NCBI GenBank assembly: GCA_951406725.2
Contig: OX597815.1
Location: 36,022,001-36,086,000 of the forward strand
Origin: Octopus vulgaris
Lineage: Eukaryota
Direction: 5' to 3'
Length of the DNA: 64,000 bases
Shown here one piece after another: positions 26,801-39,100 of this stretch. The notes below the pieces were generated by a model, which did not search any database, was not told the DNA's origin, and was given only the letters and a program-made list of their open reading frames with translations. The position numbers and the translations under genes are program-made. Every line of letters starts with the position of its first letter. The stretch's first letter is position 1.

Positions 26801-29800
26801 ATGAAGTTGGCTTTAAAGACATTTTTCTCTCCAAGATTATAAGATATTTGAATACATAGTCACCCTAATAGGTTGCAGGGCTAACAGGCTACCTAATTTA
26901 ATACTACTATCTGAATCCTTAGTTGCCTTCAGTGAAGTTCATTCTTTTGCAAATTTGCAGACCAAAATCTCCAATTCTCTCTCCCACCTACGTTTTTTCC
27001 TGCAGAAATTGATTTTCAGATGTTCAGGCTAGGCAAGAGATGCATTAATCTCACCTGCTTTGAAGGCCTTGCACATATCATATAAATATAGGTGTATCAG
27101 AAAACAGAATTCAACAATTACAAGAAGTTTTTTCCACTGTGTTTTCCAGTCATCAATCACCCAACACACTTACAAATTCACAATATTTGGAGTTATTGTT
27201 TAGTCTCAAGATGGCCCCAAGTCAAGCAAATTTTAGATCAAATGCATTCAACTGATAACAACCCATTCTTTTTTTTATGAATAGTGCACTCCTGATTACA
27301 TTATCCAATCTGTGTTTGAAGGAGATCTGGCTGTTACTGCTAGCAGATCAAGCAACTATAGAGAAGTTCTTTTATTATCTGAAATTATTACGACGAGCAT
27401 ACAGTGATGGTTTTATTGAGAAATATTCTTGGGAGTTGACTTCAATAGTTCCTCTTTCCATTTTATTCACTTGCCCAAAATCTATTGAGAAGTTTCAAAT
27501 CAAAAGCTAACCAATCTAATGTATTTACACAAGTACAGTGCAACCTCAAACATGTGATTCCCACTCTACCTAAAAATCAACAAGACATTTAGCCTCTTTC
27601 AAATTTTTTCTTACACTTCTATAATATTATACCTCAATTTTGACTGATGTTTTGTATGAAAATTCTTGCAATACACAGTTCTAATTATTTTATTTATACA
27701 GGACTAAAAAGAGGAGACCAAGTTGATATGAACAAGATCTGAACCATAGAGTTGAGCATGCAATACACTGGTTGGTTAACAGTTTCTTATCCCATTTCAG
27801 TTGTGTGGTTAGTGGTGGGATGATCAAAAACAATTGGTCCAAAACTATCTCATCTTTGTTAAAGATTATAACACACAGATACATGTATACAGATGCACAC
27901 ATACACAAAAAAGTACAAATACCAATCAATCTACAGTGTTAACAGTCACTCTTCATCACAATGGTCAGAACTGTGCTACAACCAATTCCCTTCCGTTCTT
28001 AGTAAATTGACAGTACATTTAGTTTTCTTTCAGCTATACCTCAACAAATATATAAATGCTTTAACAAGTTTGATCTTAATACTCACAGTCATCAAGGTCC
28101 AAAAGAAGGTTTGTATTGTCTTTGGAAGCAGGAGTTGCTGATTTATTATTTGTAGTGGGTTTTGACTGGGTAAAAATACAACAGAAAGTCAGCAACATTC
28201 TTTGTATGACAAAGGATGATTAAAATTTTAAACTGATTTCACAAAGATTAAAAACTGACAGCTATACAACATTGATTACAGACCAATTACATAAACAACA
28301 TAAACTGAAGACTAGACCTCTAACAACAGGTATTAAAAACTAACTTCATAGAAATTACAGATCAGCTGTATAGACAACAAGGAATTAAAGAACAGATAAA
28401 GGGATTATAGACTGAGTGTATGATACAACTCAGCTAGATTACATAAAGGAAAGAACTCTCCCACCAAAGAATTCTGTAAGGTAGAATAACCCTTACAAAT
28501 CTACTGGAAATGGGTAATATGAGAACAAATTAGACATGGAAGTCAGTACTATGAATTCTATAATTGCAGAATCTGCCAGAATACCATTGGGAAGATGTTC
28601 TTTTTGGAGGACTTTACTAAATTTTATCTCTGTAACCAGATATCTCATGACCATCTTTTTTGCTTTTTAAACTTCATTATCCAGTCAGTCTCTCTAATGT
28701 CTTGGCTAATTTCTCTTGGTTCTGTCCTTATAAGAATACATGTATGTACATTTAGGTAATCCTTAAATAAAAGAATCTGAATAACTGGAATGTAAATACA
28801 AGCTTTGCTTATGTTTGGAAAAGGCAACAAAGTAGCCAGCATGGCCAATAAATGCACCGACATTTTAGATATATGAATTTTGTAACTCACAATTGTACTT
28901 TGTAAAGTGCCAGACGATCAGAGAAGACTGTTATGCAGTTTAGCAATGCTATAGATAAGAATTTGCTAGGAAAGATCATGACAAATTGTGAAGCATGTAA
29001 AAACCCTTAGTGTTTTAGATGTGTGTGGTTTTAGATAATAGAGATTACTGATTAACAGTATAGACATAGATTAAAGATTAATACTAAATGATAGCAGGAA
29101 CTAAGAACTGCCACGGACTAAAAGGAAAAGACAAGTTATGAGACCTCTACAAAAAGACTTCTTACCTTCTTCGTCTTTTTTACATGTTTAACACTTTCAT
29201 CAGAAGAGGATTCTGTTGAACTCTCCTCCTCAGATTCATCTGATGTACTATCCTCATCCTCTTCATCATCATCTCCATCACCATCATCATCTGCACTGCT
29301 GGCAACAGCATTATTTACTGCATGACTATCACCAGATACTTCAGAGTATTCATCACTAGAGCTCTCCTCTTCACTATCTTCGTCCTCCTCATCATCATCC
29401 TCATCATCACTGCTCTCATTGCTAGATTTACTTGATTCCTCTGAAAACAAGAAAACAGACAATAGATTTAAAAAGAACAACCAAATACCAAATTTTCACA
29501 TGTGGCTGTTTCTCTTTATGTAACTTTTAAAATAAATTTAAGAGGCAATTGTGAGATTGGATTTACATATTCATTTTGATTATAGGCTTTTGATTTAGGC
29601 ACAAGGTCAGTAAAGGAAGTAGGGTTAGTTGATACTATTGATTGATACTTTATTTTACTAACCTTGGATGGATAAAAGGCTAAGTTAAAATCAGCAGAAT
29701 TTGAACTTAAAATGTCAAGAGGTGGAATGAACGTCACAAGACATTATTTTCACTGCTCTATTGATTCTGTCAACTCACTGACTCAAAGATATTCTTCTTT

Positions 29801-32800
29801 TTCCATCACCTTTCTGAGTACCTTATGCTGAGGGAGTACCTTTTGTCTTTTCAATTAGGACCAACTTGGAGCTAAACAACAACTTCAAGAAATAAAGCAT
29901 TTGATGAACTGAGACAATGCAGAATTGAGTGTACTGCTTTAGAAATACAAAAACACCCATACTGGAGTTGAACTGATGACTTCTGATCCAACACTCCAAT
30001 ACCTGCCTAATCCATTCAATCAGTTCTCTATTTTAAGCTAGTGACTTGATTGATATACAATCTGCTATGAAGAAGGAACAACATTTCTTTACTAGCCTAA
30101 TTGTTCACAGTGATTAAGTGAAAAGCTACCACTGATCTCCAAAGCAAGGTTAATTTGAAGATTTAGATCATCTTAATGAATTTTATAATTATGAGGCATC
30201 ATACAAGCTGGTGGTTATTAAGGAGAAGCAGGCTAAACAAGATCTAATTACAGTTTTTTCCTTTGGATTACACTAATAACTAATAAAGAAGCCTCTATAT
30301 CATTCTTCAACCTGTAAGAAATGACTGCTAAATCTCACTTAAATTATACCCCACCATCTTAAAAGTGATCTAAAATACAAGTTTATAAGAAACATTCATA
30401 TGTAAACAAAAAATAAATGATTGAAAGTTTAAATGAATTTACCATCTTCACTGCTTTCTTCATCAGAATAAAAGTGTTCTGAAGTTATTGTCTTATTTTT
30501 CCCAGTTTTCTTACGAGTCAAATCTGACCAGGGTAAAGGAACCTCAACATTTCTTACTGTTGGATCTGGAGCTGATTCAGGGAAATCTGGAAGTTCTTGG
30601 TAGCCATGAGCTTTTGTATTCAGTAAATGAGATAAAGTTCCTAACTGATATTGGTCCCGATCTAGAAATTGAAATACATTAGAAACTTAACAAAAGACAG
30701 AGAAGAGTTTATTTAGAGCTTCCCTCTTTTTACCATTATATTTTATTATCACCAAAAATCTTGACAAACCAAGAAAATAAGGAATGAAAAAAAAAAAAAA
30801 AGAAATTAACAATTTTGAAACATTGCTGTCTCTTAATGAAATTAGTAGATTTTCTTACTCATTTTAACATCACATTTAACTTGACTATTTTTTAAAATAA
30901 ATTCTACTCACAACCAAAAAAAAAAATTCAAATTGTCTTGATACAAAAAAATAAATAATATATTAACTGAAAACTTTGATACACATCATCTCTCTCTCTC
31001 TCAATCCTTCCCTCTCTATCTTTCCTTTTTTTCCAACTAGGTATCCTTGCATCTCTTCTACAGCAAGATAACAACCTCTATCCTTCTATTATTCTTTTTA
31101 ACCTCTCATCAACTGGCACAAAGCCACCTCCTTCAATACTACTCCCCATTCCAGTTGGGGGATCTTTGTCTTGCAAGTTACTTGGTGACCCCACCAATGC
31201 TGGTGCCACAAAAATAGCACCTAGCAATAGTCCTTTGTTCTCTTGTCAAACCATCCAACCCATGCCAGCATGGAAAAATGGATGTTGAATGACAATAATA
31301 TATGATATTGAAGGTTAAATATAAGTGTGAACAATGACCACATCAGAGGTTTGATTGGCAAAGAGAAATTCAAGTAGCAAGCCTGTGGTTCGTTGTAGCC
31401 CTGAGGTTTTCCAACTCATACAACAGACACAGGAATAATCCAGTCCAGTATTATGAGAAAATCCACCTAAACTAGTTTGTTCTAAATACTGATCAAGTTC
31501 TTAATGTAGTAGGATTAGTTATACATATTTCAATAATGATTCAAATATATTTCTTAAAATATAAGCATTGGTTCTACATATTTATTTTAATGATTCAAAC
31601 AGATTCTATTTTCCCAATGATCCTTAACAGTACCTCTTACCAAAGAGGGAATGCCTTTAGTTATAGCTTTGTTCAATCAGGCTCAAGTTTGAGCTAAACG
31701 ACAATTTCAGTAAAAGTGGGGCTCAATCATGAATTCTTATTCTCCAACCCAAAGAAAAGGTTAAAAAAAAAGGAATAAAAATCATATACCTTTGAATTTA
31801 GATTCTAATACTGGAGCAGGTTTTGTGGAAAGAAAGATTTTCTTTATATATTTGGAAAGGAAACCAGGCTTCTCCCCAGTTGGTAAGACTAATTGTCGTA
31901 GAAACCGAGATCGATCACGAATGTCATAATTCTGATCATATTTAGCTAAATTGAGGACATATTGGCATAACAATTTGGTTTGTTTAGGGTTGGTAATGCA
32001 CATCTTGGCTGCTAAGTTAAGTATTTGCAATTTCACAATATCTTCCTGCAAAGAGAAAGGATTAAATATGTAGTCCAATAAAACTGTGTACATGTTATTG
32101 TATTTATATGAGTATGTTTGCACATACAAATATACATGAGCATGTAGATATCAACTTAAATAGCAGAAATCTGAAGTCAAAAACTGACAGCCAAAAGTAT
32201 GAAGTCAATCCAGAATATAACTGAATATAAAAATAATAGCATGATTGATGGAAAAACACCACAGATATGTTGTGCATACTAAATACACATATGGGACAAT
32301 CTCACTTATAAATTATAGTGACATGAAAAACTGATTACTTGAGAATATCCACACAGTCAATAGACAAAACCAAATTCTTGAGTTTTAAAATTTAAAAACA
32401 TAAGTGAAAGCCTACTATATGTGTATTTAGTATGCAGTTGTACCAACTGGCCACTCACCCATATCATCCTACAAGATGGTGTTATGATGTGACAGAATGA
32501 TATGGAGCTTTTCTTCAGGACAGAAGTTACAGCACTTTCACTTATTCATAATGCTGAGGCTATTGTCCAGGGCAGTCCCTAAAATGCTTAGGTTTTTTTT
32601 TCCCTTTATCTTCAAATTTGAGATATATTTTGAGAATACAGAACTGTTCTCTAAGTGATGGAGTAAGCTGTTTTGTAGGAGCAGGCATTTTATGAATGGG
32701 TGTTTTGTGAGTCCTATATCATTGCAAACTCAAGTGAATTGTTTTTCTTTTGTTTAGAGTTGGGGGTGTCATAGAAAATAGAAAACAAACTTTTCTTTTT

Positions 32801-33075
32801 GCTGTTATTTTAGACTTTTGTTTACAATATGTATGTGTGTGGCCGCTGCCAGACTCCCCTGGCACCTGTGCCGGTGGCACGTAAAAAGCACCCACTACAC
32901 TCACGGAGTGGTTGGTGTTAGGAAGGGCATCCAGCTGTAGAAACACTGCCAGATCGGACTGGAGCCTGGTGCAGCCTCCTGGCTTCCCAGACCCCGGTCG
33001 AACCGTCCAACCCGTGCTAGCACGGAAAACGGACGTTAAATGATGATGATGATGATGTGTGTATGTTTTTATATA

Positions 33076-33106
<31 letters not shown>

Positions 33107-36100
33107 TTGACTAGATGAGAAAATAGATACAGAAAATATATGAAAGTTAATTACCTCTCCAGTAAATCCCTTAGCCATTTTACGAAGAACATCTGGAGCA
33201 ATTTTTGGAACTCTTTCACTATATTCTCCAATTAACCAAAGTATACTTGCTCGAGCCATAGGTATAGTAATATTGTCCACCATTTTAGCCATGTGTATAA
33301 TAATATCTTTATGTTCAGAGGGCTGAAAATAGCAAATAGTGTGGAGATTAGTGTAGGGGCAATACAATTTCAATGTAAAAATTTATGTAACAAACTGAAA
33401 AGAAATTAGAAATATCAAAAGATTATTATTTTTTTTTTTTAAATTTTCAGTCCTGAAATGAAATATTTTGATTAAACAGAGAAATACCAAAATTAAATTT
33501 CAACAGGGGAAATTCAATTTATTGATCTTATAATACAGAATGTCCAATTACTTCAACACAAACACAGATTTAGAGAAACATTCTAATACGTCAGCAAGGT
33601 GACAATTTCACAAGATTTGTCAGGATACAACTCCTTTTAATAGTACACAATAATGATATTTCTTTAGTTTTAACATTATATTGAAGGGAAATTAGTGTTC
33701 TGTCATATGAGGGTTCATATAGCCATTAAAAATCTCTCATAAATTTAGAGTAGCACAATTATAACAAGACTATCCTTGGACCCACTGCCTCAAAAGCTGG
33801 CAGTCTTATAGATGTTTAATAATCATTTGCAGGCATTTCTTTACTTCTCCCTTAGTACATGAGAACAAATCATCCATTGACAGATATTCTGAGTAGTGAA
33901 GTAAAAATATAAACTTTCTTTTGTGCTTGGCCCTATTTCACACTTGTGTAATTCTTCATATGTACATTTGTTTAATATCTAATTTTCACGATAGTATGGC
34001 TTCAATAATTATTTAACACAGCATTTTATAACTGAATGCTCAACCCGTCACCAACTCTTACCTATTTTTCAAGTAAGAGATTTTTTTTGCTCCAGAGGAA
34101 TTTGAAAGTGCAGATCTAGGGTGATTGTTGATAGGAAATGTCAATAAAGGTGCCAGCCGTAGCCCAACCACAAACATTGACATCACCATTTGTAGTTTGG
34201 CTTCAAACAATAATGTCACAGCTTATAGCCAAAAATTAGGGTAAACTGTAAACATGCATATACATACTTACATACATACATAAATATATAAATTAGAAAC
34301 ATTTTAACATTAAACTGAATATTTTTAGTAAAGTACATGTTAATTAAACTTTTATAAGTAAAAAGTTGACAGTGACTTTGAAGATTTGGCTTGTTAGCCT
34401 TTGTGTGTGTGTGTATGTGTGTGTATATATATACTTCAAACTACTCCTATCTACTTCTGTATAATACGTGGTACCCCTGTAGCAAGACATCTATGCTTGC
34501 CCCTCCATCATACTTAGCCTTGATATAAAGTCACCTCCTCCCACCTTGAATATTATTACAAGTAAGTTCACAACCATCAGTTCATCGCAGGAGAGTTTAC
34601 CACTATTAATTCACTGTGAAGGAAGTTCAGTGTGAAGAGCATTCGGCATGAAGAGTGTTCGGCGTGAAGAGCGTTCAGCGTGAAGAACGTTCACAAAGAA
34701 AATTATAGTATCTCACCATTAATAGTTAAAAGTCTTTTATTGAAAAAATACAAAAGTAGTGGAGACCCTACAGTGAACTGATGATGGTGAACTAACCAGA
34801 CATGTTTGAAAATACCCCTTCACCTAGTAGCGAGAGCTTTTTCGTTTATCCCTGTTCTCTTTTCCAGTCTTGCAAATTACTTAGCAACCTCACTAATGCT
34901 GGTGGTACAAAAAAGTGTACCCAGTACTCACTGTTAAGTGGCTGGCATAAGGAAGGGCATCTAACCATAGAAACCATGCTAAAGCTAAAACCAGAGCTTG
35001 GCATAGCCCTGCAGCTTGTATCCCGTCAAGTTGCCAGCATGGAAAACAGACATTAAATGACGATGATGACAATGATATATACACACACACCAAATTCCCT
35101 GGTCTGGGATTAAAGCAGAAGACACATGCCTAAGACACTGCACAGTGAAGCTGATCTGAAAACCACATGGTTGATAAGCGAGCTTCTTAACCATACAGCC
35201 ATGTCTGTACCTATAAATAAACTATAAAGCAAACTATTTTGGCTGAAATAAAGTCAGACTAATTTCAAATTTTTTTTAAACAGATTTTAGCAGATTCCTT
35301 AAATAATTATCTTTCATTTGTTTCAAGTCATTGGACTACAGACCGCTAGGGCACAGCCCTGAAGAGGTTTAATCAAATAAATCAACCCCAGTACTTATTT
35401 TTTAAGTCTGGTACTTATTCTATTGGACTCTTTTGCTAAACCCAAAATGGGGGATATAAAAAAACCAACACCAGTTGCCAAACAGTGGAAGGAGAAATGC
35501 AAGCACAAAGACACACACACACATCCAGGCTTCTTTCAGTTTTTGTCTACCAAATCCATATATAAAGCTTTGGTCAGCTGCGGCTGTAGAAGATACTTGC
35601 TCAAGGTGCCAAGCATTGGGACTGCACCCAAAAGCAAGTGGTTGGGAAGCAAACTTCTTAAGGCATGGGTTTGCTCATATTTTAGTTGATAAATTTTAAA
35701 AAAAAACAAAAAAACTAAGATGTGTCACACCATAAAATCAAATATAAATACCAATTTAAATAAAGAACCTGGAAATAATTTGAAAATCAATTTATTAATC
35801 CTGGAAATGTCACCTCATTGCAAACAGAACTGAAATGCAAGACTAATCTAAAATGGATTAAAGTAATTACTAACAATACTAATATTGAGTGAACATAAAT
35901 CAAGTCTAAATTCCAGTAATATAAACAAAATAATAATGGTCTAGAAAAATTCATCTGAATGGATTAATTCAATTTCTTATAGTTATGTTAATTTAGAAAA
36001 ATTAGAGATCAGTATTCTGTAATAAAATGTTGAAATTAAATCACGGTACCTTAAGTTCTAAAGAGCATTGATTCTGATTACAATTATTTAAATAATATTG

Positions 36101-39100
36101 AAAGTTAAGTATAAAACAAGATGTGAATTGCAAATCGTGACAATAAATTGGACATTACCCTACATACTAAAAGTTTTTTTAAGGAGCCTATATACCACAT
36201 ATACTTTTTTTTTACATTACTATTATTATTATAAAATTTTAAATACGTTACATAAGGAGGTCTATTTAGAAAAATTATTCATCTTGAAATAAAAATGTGC
36301 TAATACATTTTAAAATAAAAAATATTTAGGAACTAGGAAAACAGAGACATTTATTGGACTGATATTTGTGAATGTGAACTACCACTACTTGCTTTTAAAT
36401 TCTTGTGTTTAAAATCTTTTCTATACCTTAAATTTGGTGGGAAAATGGAGTGGAGGAACATGCACAACAATCATTAATTTAGTTTCAATGAAGAAACAAG
36501 ACAATAAAGTAGCTCTTCCAAAAAGCTCGAGGTTGCCCATCCTTTCATCATAATTTCATATAGTGTTCATATTGTGATTAAAACCTTGTTATAAATAATT
36601 GTAGAAGCATTGCAAAGGCCTCATGGTTTAATGGGGAACTGGAGAACTGCTGTCTTATGTCACTCACAACTGGTCTCACACTCAAGAAATCTGACAAAAT
36701 CAACATTGTCCATGACATCAACAAAGCATTTGACGATATCTAGCATGAAACATTCCTGACTAAACTTTCCTCTGAGAAGCTCCATCTTGTGTTGAAAGAT
36801 TTTTAACAGATTGTGTCATCACAGTGCATGTGTTGATGAAACTCACTCTGATCCACACTATCAATCCTGCTGCTCTGCAAAGTTTCACTATGTCCCTCAC
36901 ATTCTTCCTTAAATACTTTAAAAATGACCTGCTGGCTATCACCTCAAACAATGCTCATTCCTATAACTCTTCATTCCTTTCTAACCATAAATGACATCCA
37001 TATCAAACCTACACAACATCTATAAGCAGAAACCTTGCAAACATTCTCCAATGTATTCATGACAACACAAATATTATACATTGCACATATCAATAAAGCA
37101 ATCATGTACCTCATCTCCCCTAACTGTGGGCAACAGGCAATTAAATTCCCCAAAGTCCTACAAATACTAGGCCACACAATTTCTAAGATTTTCTGGAGTC
37201 ACTACATTCATAACAAAGAAAAAAATGCTTTATCACAAAGACCTGACTTGGTTTCATCAGAACTAAAACATCAGATGTAATTAGTTGCTGTTTCTCTACA
37301 AAGTTCAAATGATACTTAGAATAGAATATTACACTCACATAATTGGAACACTATATTGTTGTTGTTGCTACTACAACACAAACAAACATCTTAGACCACA
37401 ACCAAAGAAAGACTCCCACCAAACATATTTGTCACTCTGCTTCTTGTTACTCATACTTCTCCTCCCAAAATATCAAACTGACCCAAGTTCCCAATCCTTC
37501 TTCTTTACAACATAATCCCTCTGGAATTCCTGTCCTGTTCATGCTTTTTTCTGCAGTCAATCTTAAGTCATTTGAAGGTCATGAGTGTAGCTCCCTTCAA
37601 CTTCATTAAACTGTAAAAGGAAAAAAACCTCCAGTTTGTATCACCCAAACATATGATGTATAAATCTTTAAATCCTTAAAAATGTTTCAGCCCGAAGGCT
37701 GCAGCCATGCTGGGGCACCATTCAAACTACTGTAACATTTGTTTCTACGTTTCTGTTAAGAACCCCTTCAGACTTATCAGCATTAATTAGAACCAGACCA
37801 GACTTAAGCAAATGTCCAGAATCGCAAAATTAGTATTACATTGTTTTATGGGGTCCAATTTTTTGCTTCTCTAGCTCATTCTTGCAATCTTTTCTTCACT
37901 TCAAAACTATCCAGAACTCAGTAGATCATAAAATACATATCATAAGTAAAGAATAAAATGCTTTGAATGGTACAACAATGCACTGTAATACAAACAATGG
38001 GCTATATATCTGTTGTAATTTAACCATCCATAGTCTGATAATATTTCAGAATAACATTCCTTCCTCAGATATCCCTAGGAATTGATGGAATCGCTGCTAT
38101 AATTGGTTTAATATTTTAGGATTTATGTAAATAATAGTGTGTATGGTTGCTTAGTTCCCAGTTACTCTGCATCCAGCAAAGCTATGGATAAAGGTATTCC
38201 AGCCTCCACCATCTCATCCCGTTTTTTTTGGTTTTTTTACCAAACAGTACAAGACCAATGTGTCTTTCTTTTCTTTAAGATAGTAGGGTCTTCTTAAATC
38301 AGTAGGTTAAGAGAAATGTGGTTGCTATATCTAGTAAGTTATCCAACAGTATAGAAGTTCCTTGTGGGCTCATGTGTGTGACTAAATAGATATGGATAAC
38401 TATTAACATGAGATAGACAAAAACATCTAATCAATCTAACAAGATTCAGAACAGAAATGAAACATTGGCTTACAAGAAGTACTTCTGTTACCTATCATTG
38501 TGCATAATACTGAAAGTGCCTAGCAACTAATTATCATGCCATGTGTTTTAATCCTTGTTATTCACTATACACAAAGCCTAAATGCCAAAGAAGGAACATT
38601 CATCTATGGGGAATTAGATGTACAGAAGAATTTAATACCAAGGTTTTCTCAAAATAATTTTACACTTCTTAAAAATGATAAGCTGCCAGATAATACATAC
38701 AAATTTTACCAGTTACTTACTTTTATATATATATAGATATATATGAAATTAACAGCTAAGATTTTAATATAAACCATATTTAATGGTGTATAATTGTAAA
38801 CCATATTTTAAGATTGTTAAACATAATTAAATAAAGAACTGTCAGGAATTGAACCAGACATCTCTTGCATAGTAAGCAGATGTGCTATCATTTATATCAC
38901 GCTGAATTCAATTATTTCCATTTTCAAACTGAGATTAAAATATTTATAGGGATGGGGTCGGTTCAATCTTGTTTATATATGCAACCAAAACAAGAACTGC
39001 AGCTGTGGTAATCATTAATTGAAGACACCTAACTCTGCATATGAAGTTGGTGACAAACTCCACATCAGACATGTAAAAAGGCTATTGATATAGGTGTTCA

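Noticed and set aside
34615-34694. Five 16-bp repeats resembling a CRISPR or iteron array
   Set aside because: Units are directly adjacent with no unique spacers, lie inside a MITE-like element in a eukaryotic intron, and no cas genes are present.
34776-34792. CTGATGA as a hammerhead core
   Set aside because: No stem II or GAAA downstream; it is part of a MITE TIR.
38721-38755. 35-nt segment with a strong GTAAGT donor in the long intron
   Set aside because: Mostly (TA)n, frame-shifting, and resembles a Helitron-like 5' remnant.
38838-38903. tRNA-like sequence on the minus strand (also at ~1975-2050 and ~2380-2445)
   Set aside because: Cloverleaf stems are degenerate or continue into repeat bodies; these are SINE heads or pseudogenes, not functional tRNAs.
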